NCBI GenBank assembly: GCA_963755715.1
Contig: CAVWLW010000073.1
Span: 97,152-161,151 of the forward strand
Reading direction: 5' to 3'
From: an uncultured delta proteobacterium
GTDB lineage: Bacteria; Desulfobacterota; Binatia; UBA9968
DNA length: 64,000 nt
The notes beneath the pieces are model-generated. The model was not told the DNA's origin. It did not search any database and worked only from the letters and a program-made list of their open reading frames with translations. Every line of letters begins with the position of its first letter. Within the stretch, counting starts at the first letter, position 1. The translations under genes and the position numbers were made by a program. Shown in pieces: positions 9,802 to 21,192 of this stretch.

Positions 9802-12800
9802 ATGAGCCTTTCCGCCCCATTCATTCACCGGCCCGTGGCGACCGTTTTACTGACCGCGGCAATTGCACTGGCGGGGGCCGTCGCCTTCACGGTCCTGCCG
9901 GTATCGCCGCTGCCCCAGATTGACTTCCCCACCATTACGGTGGCAGCGGCTTTTCCGGGAGCAAGTCCCGAGACCATGGCTTCCTCGGTCGCGGCACCGC
10001 TGGAGCGGCAGTTCGGGCGGATCGCCGGCGTGACGGAAATGACGTCAACGAGCTCTCTCGGCGCGACTGCGATCACACTGCAGTTCGACTTGAACCGGAA
10101 TATCGACGCGGCGGCGAGAGACATTGAAGCCGCCATCAATGCCGCTCGTGGTTATCTGCCGACTGATCTGCCGAACAATCCGACGTATCGAAAGGTCAAT
10201 CCGGCAGATGCGCCAATTCTGATTGTGGCGCTGACGTCGGACGTCTACGATCCCGGCCGCCTCTATGATGTGGCCTCGACGATCTTGCAGCAGAAGCTGT
10301 CGCAGATAGACGGAGTCGGGCAAGTCACTGTCGGTGGCAGTTCGTTGCCTGCTGTGAGGGTAGAGGTGAATCCCACCGCGTTGAACAAGTACGGGCTCGG
10401 CCTGGAGGATATTCGCAACATGTTGAGCGTACAGAATGCCAATCGGCCGAAGGGACGGATAGCGGATGATACGACCACGTCGGATCTGGCGGCGAACGAC
10501 CAGCTCCTCAAGGCCGACGCCTATAGGCCGCTGATCGTCAGCTATCAGAATGGCGCTGCCCTCAAGTTGTCGGATGTCGCCAACGTACAGGATTCGGTGG
10601 AAGACTTACGAGCGGCCGGAATAACCAATGGAAAGCCGTCCGTGCTGGTGGTTATTTCTCGCGAGCCGGGGGCGAATATCATCGCTACCGTGGACCGCGT
10701 GCGGGAGGCCCTTCCTCAGCTCAAGGCTTCCATTCCTGCAGCGATCGATCTCACGGTTGTCCTCGATCAGACGACCACGATCCGGGCATCCGTGCATGAC
10801 GTGGAGCAGACGCTGCTTATCTCGATTGGGCTCGTCATTATCGTCGTGTTCATCTTTCTCAGAAATGTCCGCGCAACGTTTATTCCAAGCGTGGTGGTCC
10901 CGGTCTCGTTAATCGGCACCTTCGGGGTGATGTATTTGTGTGGTTACAGTCTCGACAACCTCTCGTTGATGGCGCTCACGATTTCAACCGGCTTCGTCGT
11001 CGATGACGCGATTGTCGTCATCGAAAACGTGACCCGGCATCTCGAGCAGGGAATGCGACCGATGGAAGCCGCGTTGAAAGGAGCCCAAGAAATCGGCTTC
11101 ACGGTACTGTCCATCAGTATCTCGCTGGTTGCCGTATTCATTCCGATCTTGCTGATGGGTGGCATCGTCGGGCGCTTGTTCCGCGAATTTGCCGTCACCC
11201 TCTCGACTGCCATTCTCGTTTCGCTCGTCGTTTCATTGACCACCACTCCCATGATGTGCGCCAGGCTTCTCAAGCACCAGCGCGAGGAAGATCACGGCAG
11301 ACTCTATCGGGCGAGCGAGGAAGTTTTCCTTTGGGTACTGCGCCTGTACGAACACAGCCTTGCATGGGTCCTGCGCCACGCGGCCTTGACGCTGGGTGTT
11401 CTCCTGCTCACGATCGGCGTGAATGTCTATCTCCTCGTCATTGTGCCTAAAGGATTTTTTCCGCAGCAGGATACCGGGCGCATCATTGGAGGCATTCAGG
11501 GTGTCCAAGATACGTCCTTTCAGGCGATGCGGCAAAGGATTACGCGCTTCGTAGACATTGTTAGAGCTGATCCGGCCGTAGCCAACGTGATGGCCTTTAC
11601 AGGCAGCGGGGCAGGCACGACGACGAATACCGGCAGAGTATTTATGGCGTTGAAGCCGCTCGAGGAGCGCAACGTCAGCGCAGATCAACTGATCAATCGT
11701 TTGCGGCCAAAACTGGCGACGGTGCCGGGAGCGGCGCTTTATCTGCAAGGGGTGCAAGACTTGCGCATCGGAGCCAGGCTGGGGAACGCGCAATATCAAT
11801 ACACGATTCAGAGCGATAATCTTGAGGATTTGACCCGATGGGGGCCCACTCTCCTCCAACAAATGAGGAAGCTCCCCGGCCTGGCGGACGTCAGCAGCGA
11901 TCAACAGAACAACGGCCTTCAGGCATCACTCGTATACGACCGTTTGACGGCATCGAGATTAGGAATCACGCCGCAGATGATTGATGACACGCTCTCCGAT
12001 GCCTTCGGGCAACGGCAGGTATCGACGATGTTCACGCAATTGAACCAGTACCACGTTGTCATGGAAGTGGAGCCAGAGTTCTGGCAAAGCCCGGAAGGAC
12101 TGAAACAGATCTACGTTCGCGCGGCTAACGGCGGCGGTGGTTCCGCTAAGCGCATTCACCCATTACGAGCCAACCACGGCGCCCCTCGCTGTGAACCATC
12201 AGGGACAGTTTCCGTCGGTGACGCTTGTCGTTCAATCTTGCGCCCGGTGTCGCCCTCAGTGATGCCGTAAGCCGCATCCATCAGACTGGAACAGAGTATG
12301 GGAATGCCGGCGACAATTCATGGAAGCTTTTCCGGGACACTGCAAGCGTTCCAGGCGTCTTTGGCGAACTCAACCCCTTCTGATTACTGCCGCGCTGATA
12401 GCAGTCTACATCGTGCTCGGGTATTCTCTATGAAAGCTACATTCACCCGATCACGATTCTATCGACTCTGCCGTCGGCGGGCATGGGCGCGGTCCTGGCG
12501 CTGTTGATCTGCCGCACGGATCTCAGTGTGATCGCTCTGATCGGCATCATCCTCTTAATTGGTATCGTGAAGAAGAACGCGATCATGATGATCGATTTCG
12601 CGCTCGAGGCGGAGCGCCAGGAAGGCAAGAGCCCGCAGGAGGCGATCTACCAGGCATGCCTGTTGCGCTTTCGGCCGATCATGATGACCACGATGGCGGC
12701 GCTCTTCGGGGCGCTGCCCCTGGCTTTGGGGACGGAGTCGGGTCGGAGCTGCGCCGCCCGCTCGGCATCGCCATCGTCGGCGGCCTGATCGTGAGCCAGA

Positions 12801-12922
12801 TGCTCACCTTGTACACCACGCCGGTGGTGTATCTCTATCTTGACCGCTGCCGGCTGTGGTTCGAGCGCCGCCGACAGAACTTGCGCGACCGATGGCGCGC
12901 AGAAGCAGCGCCGGAATTGTGA
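9802..12922 (+). CDS. mdtC: RND transporter MdtC/MuxC; several frameshifts between ~12130 and ~12740
   Basis: [12 protein letters not shown]; [11 protein letters not shown]; fragments 12298-12507, 12483-12788 and 12656-12922 carry the successive C-terminal motifs ([29 protein letters not shown]). Confidence 0.88.
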
Positions 12923-12925
12923 TCA

Positions 12926-14395
12926 ATGGGTTGCATGCAGAAAATATTGCGCGCCGCGATGAAACATCGCCGTTTCGCCCCAGCGATCGTAGCGGCAATG
13001 CTGATGCCCTTGAGCGCATGCATGGTAGTGGGGCCGGACTACGTCCGGCCTACGGTCATCACGCCCGATGCTTACAAAGAGATCGACGGCTGGAGAGTCG
13101 CGCAGCCAAAGGACGACCTGATCCGCGGCGCTTGGTGGGAAATCTTCGGTGATCCCCAGCTGAACGCGTTGGTTGCTCAGGTCAGCGTCTCGAACCAGAA
13201 CCTCGCCGTGGCGGAGGCACAGTACCGCGAGGCTCAGGCGCTGGTGCGTGAGGCCCGCGCTAGTTACTTTCCGACGGCGACGATCGGCATCGGCGCCAAC
13301 CGATCGAGCTCATCGACTACCACCGGGGGAGGTCCAGCGTCGCCGAGGACTGCCATTTCCAACTATTCATTGCCTCTCGACGTATCGTGGGAGATCGACG
13401 TCTGGGGTCGAATTCGCCGCACGGTGGAGTCCAACCAGGCGAGCGCTCAGGCGAGCGCTGGAGACGTGGAGGCCGCGCGCCTGAGCGCTCAGGGGGCTTT
13501 GGCACAGAATTACTTTCTATTGCGCGAGCTCGATGCGCAGAAACAGCTCCTGACAGAGACAGTCGCTGCCTTTCAGAAGTCCCTAGATCTCACCGAGGGA
13601 CTGTATAGCCAAGGAGTGGACTCCGAGGCGGACGTGCTACAGGCGGAGACCCAGCTCAAGACTACGCAGGCCCAGCTCATCAATGTGGGCGTCCAGCGCG
13701 CGCAGCTCGAGCACGCGATCGCGGTGCTGATTGGGAAACCGGCCTCCGATTTTTCCATTCCGGCCACGCCCCTTGCAGGTACACCGCCGGAGATTCCCGT
13801 CGGCGTGCCCTCTGAGTTGCTCGAGCGCCGGCCGGACATCGCTGCCTCCGAGCGGAGCGTTGCGGCTGCGAATGCACAAATCGGCGTTGCCGAAGCTGCG
13901 TTTTACCCAACGGTCACGCTCAGCGCCTCCCTTGGCTTGGAGAGCTCGAGCCTGGGGAAATTGGCCACGGCGGCGAGTCGCTTCTGGTCGGTAGGGGCGT
14001 CCATTTCGGAGACCGTATTCGACGGTGGCCTGCGGCGGGCGCAAACCGACTTCGCGCGGGCGGCTTACGACGCGACCGTCGCAACCTATCGGCAGACCGC
14101 GCTGACCGCCTTTCAGGGGGTAGAGGACAATCTCGCTGCGCTGCGTATCCTCGAGGAAGAAGCTGGGGTGCAGAACGAAGCGGTAAAGGCGGCGGAAAAG
14201 TCCGTCGTCTTGACGATGGACCAATACAAGGCGGGCACCGTCAGCTATCTCAACGTGGTTACAGCGCAGACAATCGCCCTGACGAACGAGACGACTGCAG
14301 TCCAGATCCTCGGCCAGCGCATGACCGCTGCCGTGCTCCTCGTCCAGGCCCTGGGCGGCGGTTGGAACATCTCCGACCTACCATCGAACCCGTGA
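12926..14395 (+). CDS. NodT/OprM-family outer-membrane efflux lipoprotein
   Basis: LSACMVGPDY-like lipobox; WWEIFGDPQLNALV; PSELLERRPDIAASER; ALGGGW. Confidence 0.92.
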   Translation: MGCMQKILRAAMKHRRFAPAIVAAMLMPLSACMVVGPDYVRPTVITPDAYKEIDGWRVAQPKDDLIRGAWWEIFGDPQLNALVAQVSVSNQNLAVAEAQYREAQALVREARASYFPTATIGIGANRSSSSTTTGGGPASPRTAISNYSLPLDVSWEIDVWGRIRRTVESNQASAQASAGDVEAARLSAQGALAQNYFLLRELDAQKQLLTETVAAFQKSLDLTEGLYSQGVDSEADVLQAETQLKTTQAQLINVGVQRAQLEHAIAVLIGKPASDFSIPATPLAGTPPEIPVGVPSELLERRPDIAASERSVAAANAQIGVAEAAFYPTVTLSASLGLESSSLGKLATAASRFWSVGASISETVFDGGLRRAQTDFARAAYDATVATYRQTALTAFQGVEDNLAALRILEEEAGVQNEAVKAAEKSVVLTMDQYKAGTVSYLNVVTAQTIALTNETTAVQILGQRMTAAVLLVQALGGGWNISDLPSNP

Positions 14396-14506
14396 GCAAC
14401 AAGCGACTGGGATTGAAGTCGATTTGCATCGCTCCGACGCTTGAATGAAAAGTTCAACGCCGGTGCAAGAGATTCGTTGATGACATTAAACGAACGTTCT
14501 GACGAA

Positions 14507-15913
14507 CTAGCGCTTTACCGGCTGTGGCAGATCTTTAGATGCCTCTTCCTGCGTCAATGGAGAGTAGTTTGTATTCCGTGCGATGCCAAGTTTTTGCATT
14601 TTAGACAACAAAGTAGTGCGCTTGAGGCCCAGCCGGACTGCCGCGCCATGCGGTCCTCCGATGACCGCGCCGGCTTCCCGCAAAGCCTGCAGGATTCGCT
14701 GCCGTTCCACATCTTCCAGCGTGCCCGCCATAGATGCCAAGACTCGATTGGATTCTTGCAGGTCGCTGACTTGAATCTGCAAAACGTTTCCTGGCGTCAT
14801 TATCACGGCTCGTTCGATCAAGTTTTGGAGCTCGCGTATGTTTCCCGGCCAAGAATAACGACAAAGCGCGGCCATCGTCTCTTCGGGAACCACGTCAATT
14901 TGCTTGTTCATGCGCTGTGAATATTTATCCACGTAATATTGCACCAAGAGCGAAATGTCCTCCGATCGCTCGCGCAGCGGTGGTATCCGAATTGGAAATA
15001 CGTTCAGCCGAAAATACAGATCTTCGCGGAATTGTTTTTCGGCCACCATCTCTTCCAAATCACGGTTCGTCGCCGCTATCAGCCGCACGTCGACGCGAAC
15101 GGTTCGGGAGTTTCCTAGTCGTTCAAACTCCTGCTCCTGCAGGACCCGCAAGAGCTTAGGCTGCAGCTCCAACGGAATATCGCCTACTTCATCGAGAAAC
15201 AGCGTCCCTCCGTTCGCCAGCTCGAAGCGGCCGATTTTCTGTGAAACCGCGCCGGTAAAAGCTCCCTTTTCATGACCAAACAACTCGCTTTCCAATAACC
15301 CCGAGGGAATCGCCGCGCAATTGAGCTTGACGAAGGGACGATTGGAACGGGAACTGACGTTGAGGATCGCTCGCGCGATAACTTCCTTGCCGGTGCCGGT
15401 CTCGCCGAGAAGCAGCACGGTCGAATCCGTCGGCGCTACGACCTCAACTTGATTCAAAACGTTTCTTAGTGCGGCGCTCTTGCCGACTATGTCGCCAAAT
15501 TTATGGGTGGCAAGATCCCCTTTTTGCTTCGGCGCCCGCTGATTCCGGGCGATCCCTTGCTGGATCGCATCCAGCAGGTCCTCATCATTGAAAGGCTTGG
15601 TTAAAAACTCCAGCGCGCCGGCTTTGATCGCTCGCACCGACGTCGGAATGTCGCCGTGACCCGTGAGAAAAACAATTGGGATCTGAATATCCGCCTTGGC
15701 AAGCTCCTGTTGCAGATCGAGTCCGCTTAGCCCGGGGAGCTGCACATCCAGCACCAAACAGCTCGGTGCATCGGTTTGCGGATGGGCCAAAAACTCCTGC
15801 GCGGAGGCAAAGGCCTCGACCCTCAACCCCACTGATCGGATCAAGCTGCTCAGAGCCTCGCGCACTGACGCATCATCATCCACGACATATATAAGAGGAG
15901 CTATCTTACTCAT
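14507..15913 (-). CDS. sigma54 enhancer-binding response regulator (FixJ-type REC + FhlA-like AAA+ + HTH)
   Basis: VVDDD receiver; GETGTGKE Walker A; ESELFGHEKGAFTGA; FLDEVGD; WPGNIRELQNLIER; AAVRLGLKRTTLLSKMQKLGI. Confidence 0.95.
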   Translation of the reverse strand: MSKIAPLIYVVDDDASVREALSSLIRSVGLRVEAFASAQEFLAHPQTDAPSCLVLDVQLPGLSGLDLQQELAKADIQIPIVFLTGHGDIPTSVRAIKAGALEFLTKPFNDEDLLDAIQQGIARNQRAPKQKGDLATHKFGDIVGKSAALRNVLNQVEVVAPTDSTVLLLGETGTGKEVIARAILNVSSRSNRPFVKLNCAAIPSGLLESELFGHEKGAFTGAVSQKIGRFELANGGTLFLDEVGDIPLELQPKLLRVLQEQEFERLGNSRTVRVDVRLIAATNRDLEEMVAEKQFREDLYFRLNVFPIRIPPLRERSEDISLLVQYYVDKYSQRMNKQIDVVPEETMAALCRYSWPGNIRELQNLIERAVIMTPGNVLQIQVSDLQESNRVLASMAGTLEDVERQRILQALREAGAVIGGPHGAAVRLGLKRTTLLSKMQKLGIARNTNYSPLTQEEASKDLPQPVKR

Positions 15914-16042
15914 GGGGGCACCTCTTTCCTTTGCTACAGGATCTTCAGTAAGAAAATTAACCGTGTCCTATTCGCCCAACCCCGACAGCTACATGATGTC
16001 TCTGCTTGTCATGGGTTGTCAACGATTGTTACCTATAATTAA

Positions 16043-16058
16043 CAATCCATCTGGATAG
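16043..16058. promoter_or_regulatory. Degenerate copy of the 6-4-6 regulator box upstream of the sigma54 activator gene
   Basis: CAATCC-ATCT-GGATAG versus TTATAC-TTTG-GTATAG. Confidence 0.35.
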
Positions 16059-16125
16059 GCGTAGGTTGGGAAATTGTCCGGAGTTTGTTTTATCTTTTGC
16101 AATCTCGAAAATCTTTCGTTTTATG

Positions 16126-16512
16126 TCATTTAGACTTGAGAGCCGTGTCGATTGCCTTCAATAACGCTTCCTCGCTGAATGGTTTGAGTAAGTATTCCAC
16201 TGCGCCGCCGTTGAGGGCCCGCACCCGCGCCTCTTCATCGCCATGAGCGGTGATGAAGATAACCGGGATCGACATATGACTGGCAGCTAAGCGACGTTGA
16301 AGCTCGAGTCCATTCATGCCAGGCATGCGCACATCGAGGATCAGGCAGTCCGTATCGGAGAGATGATTCGAATTCAAAAACTCTTCGGCCGAAGCAAACA
16401 CCAGAGCTCCGAACCCGACAGAACGGATTAAACCGCTGAGAGATTCGCGGACCGAGTCGTCATCATCGACGATTGATATAAGTGGAAGAATTAGGCATGC
16501 TGACTCTTTCAT
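16126..16512 (-). CDS. Single-domain response regulator (FixJ-like receiver)
   Basis: IVDDDDSVRESL...LILDVRMPGMNG...FITAH...LLKPF. Confidence 0.92.
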   Translation of the reverse strand: MKESACLILPLISIVDDDDSVRESLSGLIRSVGFGALVFASAEEFLNSNHLSDTDCLILDVRMPGMNGLELQRRLAASHMSIPVIFITAHGDEEARVRALNGGAVEYLLKPFSEEALLKAIDTALKSK

Positions 16513-16552
16513 ATCGCTGGTGATGATTTAAGTTAGCAGCGTTTTAAACGAA

Positions 16553-16575
16553 GAATCTATTATACTTTGGTATAG
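16553..16575. promoter_or_regulatory. Conserved palindromic regulator box, copy 1
   Basis: GAATCTATTATACTTTGGTATAG; differs at one base from 30242-30264. Confidence 0.7.
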
Positions 16576-16608
16576 GTGGTTAAGAGGCCTTGAGCTCCGC
16601 CGCCGCTC

Positions 16609-17240
16609 CTACAATATTTTGGCGCGAGGAATTCTCAGCTTCTCACACATCCTGACCAGATCCGCCAGAGACTCCGCCTGCATTTTTTGCATGACTTGAC
16701 CGCGATGAACTTTGACAGTGATCTCGCTGGTGCCCAGCTCGGCGGCGACTTGTTTGTTGAGCATGCCCGGAGACCACCAACTCCATCACCTCTCGCTCGC
16801 GCGGCGTCAGCGATTCGTACCGGGCCATAAAGTTCCGCCATCTCGGCATGTTGTCGGCGTGCGGCCCGGTCGCGTTTTATCGCCTGATGAATCGCATCCA
16901 ATAGATCCCGATCACGGAATGGCTTGGTAAGAAACTCAATGGCTCCCGCTTTCATCGCCTGCACCGAGGTTGGAACATCGCCATGGCCCGTAATAAAAAT
17001 AATCGGAATCTCAATGTTGGCTTCCGCCATCCGTTTCTGCAGATCGAGCCCGCTCAGACCCGGCAGTCGAACATCCAAGACCAGACAGCTCGGCACATCC
17101 GACCGCGGGCGTGCCAAAAACTCCTGTGCAGAGGCAAAGGTCTCAACTCCCAAGCCGGCCGATCGAATCAGACTTCCCAAACCTTCTCGCACTGACACGT
17201 CGTCGTCCACGACAAAGACGATTGCTTTGGGTCCGGCCAT
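16609..17240 (-). CDS. NodW/FixJ/TodT-family response regulator (REC + LuxR HTH), frameshifted in the HTH region
   Basis: Receiver, then [15 protein letters not shown] and [39 protein letters not shown] in alternate frames. Confidence 0.9.
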
Positions 17241-17248
17241 AGCGCTCC

Positions 17249-17759
17249 CTAGAGGTACTTCAAAAGCGTAAATTGAAATGTTGTACCGGGACTCTCATTA
17301 GGTACGGTCCAAAGGTGCCCGCCGTGGTTCTCGATAATCGAACGACTGATCGCCAGCCCCATCCCCATTCCCTGCGATTTGGTGGTGTAAAAGGTATCGA
17401 AAATCTTTTCCAGATTCTGCCGAGTCGATCCCAATACCGGAATCTTGCACGGCGACGAGTACTTTGTCTGATTCATGTTGACGAGAACGGATGAACAACT
17501 CTCGAGGTCGATCGGCTACTGATGCCATCGCTTCGATACCGTTCATCACCAGATTGAGAATCACTTGTTGAAACTGGATCCGGTCACCCATCACAAACGG
17601 CAGATCATCGGCTAGCTCTGTCGGTAATGCAACACGATTTCGTCGCACTTCACCCTCGGCAAGCGCAATGACCTCCCCAATGGTGTCGTTGATGTTTAGT
17701 CGCACTTTCTCTGTATCCGTTTTCCTGACGAGCGCTCGAATGCGCGCGATCACCTCACC
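17249..17759 (-). pseudogene. Orphan second half of a NodV-like kinase core (end of HisKA + HATPase), abutting the upstream kinase
   Basis: Begins abruptly at GEVIARIRALV with no H-box; QQVILNLVMNGIEAM and GMGMGLAISRSIIENHGG present. Confidence 0.7.
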
Positions 17760-20701
17760 CTGATCGCGAGTCCCATCCCCATTCCCTGCGACTTGGTGGT
17801 GTAGAAAGTATCGAAGATCTTTTCAAGATTCTGCCGATCAATCCCGATCCCAGAATCTTGCACGGCGACGAGCACATTATCGGATTCGTGCGGAGAGGAT
17901 CGAATAAGCAGGTCCCGCGGTCGATCCGTGACCGTATCCATGGCTTCGATACCGTTCATCACCAGATTAAGAATTACTTGTTGCAACTGGATTCGATCGC
18001 CCAATACAGGCGGGACATTGGTGGCCAAGTCCATGCGTATCGCCACTCCTTTTCGCACCGCTTCATTTTGCATCAGAAGGATGACTTCCTGAATGGTTTG
18101 GTTAATGTCGAGGCGCACTTGCTCGGTATCGGTTTTTTGTACGAGCGCTCGAATGCGCGCGATCACCTCGCCTGCCCGATTGCCATCGCGGACAATGCGG
18201 CTCACGGCGTTGCGCGCTTCGTCGAGGTTTGGGGTCGCCGCGGCAAGCCAGCGCAGCGAGGCATTGGCGTTTGCGATGACGGCGGTGAGCGGCTGGTTGA
18301 CTTCATGCGCAATCGAGGCGGTCATCTCGCCCAGAGTTGCCACCCGCGTAACGTGGGCGAGCTCCATCTGTGCATGGTGCAACGCATCTTCGGCGCGCTT
18401 GCGCTCGATGAACTGACCTATCTGGCTGCCTATGGTAGCCATCATGTCGAGCAGATCCTGATCGGGCTGCCTGATCTCGTAGCTGAAGAACTCCATGACC
18501 CCCAAAACTTCGCCGCCGAGCAGGATGGGAAAACCGAAGGCCGCGTGCAGCACTTCGCGCGCGGCGATGGGCGCGCGCGGAAAATTAGCATCACGGACGA
18601 CATCGGGAATGTACAGGGGCTCACGGCTGAACCAGACTCGGCCGGGCAGCCCGATCCCGGGGATAAAAGTGGTCGCGTGGCTGGTGGCCTCAAATTCCGG
18701 GACCTCTATGGATTCTTTATGCCAAACCTCGACGCATCGTAGTACGCCCGCCTCTTTGTCTAGGCTCCATAGCGCCCCCACGTCCCATACCAGACACTCA
18801 CACACGGCTCGAAGAATTTTTGCAGTGGCTTCCTGGAGAGTAGCCGCCTGCGCCAGTATCTGTGTGACGGTATGTTGCGCCACTAGGCGCTGCTCGGCCT
18901 GCTTGCGCTCGGTGATGTCTTGCACCGTGCCGAACATGCGCCGGGGCCGGCCCGACTCGTCCCACATGACATCGCCCTGACTATGCACGAGTCGCACCTC
19001 GCCGTTGGGCCGGACCACTCGGTACTCCACATCGTAGCGCGGGCCACCCCGAAGCGCCTCCGCCACGGCTTTAATTACGATCTGTTTATCTTCGGGATGA
19101 ACCAGTTCCGGCAATTGGGCTAGGTTTAGAATCCGTTCTTGCGGGCTGCAGCCCAAAGATGCGGTAGGTTTCGTCCGACCAAGTGATAAGATCCGTATCG
19201 GTGTCGCGCTCCCAGTGGCCGACGTGCGCGAGGCTCTGGGCTTCTTCCAGCTTGCGCTCGCTTTCGCCCTGGTTGCGAAACATCAATAAGCTGGTCAGAG
19301 CATCTTCCAACCGTCGGCCGATCTCCTGGAAAAGCCGCTCTTCCTGCGAGTGTCCAGACTCGCGGGTACGAGCACTGGTGCAGCCCCAACATGTAGGGCT
19401 TGTCCCCTTTGGGATAAACCGCCATGGCAATAATGAGACTGTATGCTGAAACGCTTCGCCGTTTCTGCCGGCAGCGAATGTTCCGATGCCGGACCAAATC
19501 GCACAGGACCACTGGAAGCTCTGACGGTTTGGAACGCCTTCGCGACGTCCGGAACCACGGGCAGATCGAGTCCCAAGGCGAAGGCACCGGGAAATTCGGG
19601 TCGAACATGTTCCATCGACACTTTCCACGATGCAGCCTCCGGATCACAGGGATAGACCAGCCACGCTCGATCGCAATTAAAGATCGCAAGCATTGCGTCA
19701 AGCACATCGCTCATCATCTGCTCGAGGTCGTTCGTTCCCTGGATGGCTCGGTTAACCTGATCCATGCTCTCCAGGAACCAGAGATGAGCCTGGCGCTCCT
19801 CCTCGGCCCGCTTACGCTCGATCGCGATACTCGCAAGATCGGTGATCTGTTCGATGATGCTTTGCTGTTGTGGCGTAGGACTTCGCGGTTCGCGGGAGTA
19901 GATCGCGAAGGTTCCCAGCACCCGGCCATCCGACGCGAGTACCGGCGTAGACCAACACGCTCGGAGCCCGTGTGGTAAGGCCAGCTCGCGATAGTTGGCC
20001 CACAGCGGATCCGTGGCGATGTCGGAGACGATTACTGGTTCTTTGCGATAAGCGGCCGTTCCGCACGATCCCGCGGCAGGACCGATAAAGCCACCGTCGA
20101 TCGCGTCGGTATAGCTCTTTGGAAGGCTCGGCGCTGCGCCGTGCCAAAGGCGATTGCCATCCGGATCCAACAACAGAATCGAAGCCAGAGAACCTTCGGA
20201 CAGCTCTTCGACAAGCCGGCACAAGGCTTCGAGGATCATGGAGAGGGAATTGCCTTTGGCGATCATTTCTAAAAGCCGTTTCTCTTCCGACAGTAATGCT
20301 TCGGCGCGCTTGCGCTCGCCTCTCTCCTTCGCTTCACGTAATGCTCGGTGCACCGAGGGCGCAATTCTCGATAGCCGCTGTTTTAAAATATAATCGGTTG
20401 CGCCAATCTTGAGTGCTTCAACCGCCACTTCTTCGCCCAGGGTTCCAGAGACAAAGATGAAAGGCACATCGGGACATTTTTCCAGGGCGATTTTCAATGC
20501 AGAAAGGCCGTCGAAGGAGGGCAGGGTGTAATCTGTAAGGATCAGGTCAAAACCCCCGCGCTCGATTGAAGCGAAGAAATCAGCCTGAGTGTCAACGCGT
20601 GTTACAGCACAGATAATGCCTTCGGTCTCAAGAATTCCCTGAATAAGTTCTGCATCCGTGGGGTTATCTTCAAGATGCAGAATACGCAAAGGAGGCTTCA
20701 T
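17750..20701 (-). CDS. Hybrid sensor kinase REC-GAF-GAF-PAS-GAF-HisKA-HATPase, frameshifted and cut off after GMGMGLAI
   Basis: LRILHLEDNPTD receiver; GAF motifs (GSCGTAAYRKEPVIVSDIATDPLW; GIGLPGRVW); PAS (VHPED, DITERK); H-box SIAHEVNQPL; pieces 19295-20701, 19126-19707, 19086-19628 and 17750-19156. Confidence 0.85.
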
Positions 20702-20736
20702 AATTACTATCTAGCTCGCTTTTGAAATCATTCTGG

Positions 20737-21189
20737 TCATTTCTTTCTTATGCTTCCTGGTGGCGGCTCATTGATGACTGCCCAGAAAATGCCAAGTTCT
20801 TTGATCGCATTGACAAACTCGTGGAAATCAACCGGCTTTACCACGTAGGCGTTCACGCCAAGTTTATAGCTTGCTACCATGTCTCTTTCCTCACGAGAGG
20901 ATGTGAGCACTACCACAGGAATCATTTTCAGTTTCTCATTGGATTTAATCTGCTGCAGCACCTCCAAGCCATCGACCTTGGGCAACTTTAGATCGAGCAG
21001 CAGGACAGCTGGGTTATCACTGGTGCGCATCTTGAAATTCCCCCGGCAATAAAGATAATCCAGAGCCTCTTCGCCATCACGCGTGACGACAACCTCGTTG
21101 GCAAGGTTATATTCCTCCAGAGCTGTCAGAGTAAGTTCCACGTCTTTGGGATCGTCCTCCACGATCAAAATACGTCCTAACTCGCTCAT
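20737..21189 (-). CDS. Rcp1-like single-domain response regulator
   Basis: VEDDPKDVEL; LLDLKLPKVDGLEVL; LTSSREERD; YVVKPVDF; FWAVINEPP. Confidence 0.92.
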   Translation of the reverse strand: MSELGRILIVEDDPKDVELTLTALEEYNLANEVVVTRDGEEALDYLYCRGNFKMRTSDNPAVLLLDLKLPKVDGLEVLQQIKSNEKLKMIPVVVLTSSREERDMVASYKLGVNAYVVKPVDFHEFVNAIKELGIFWAVINEPPPGSIRKK

Positions 21190-21192
21190 AAT

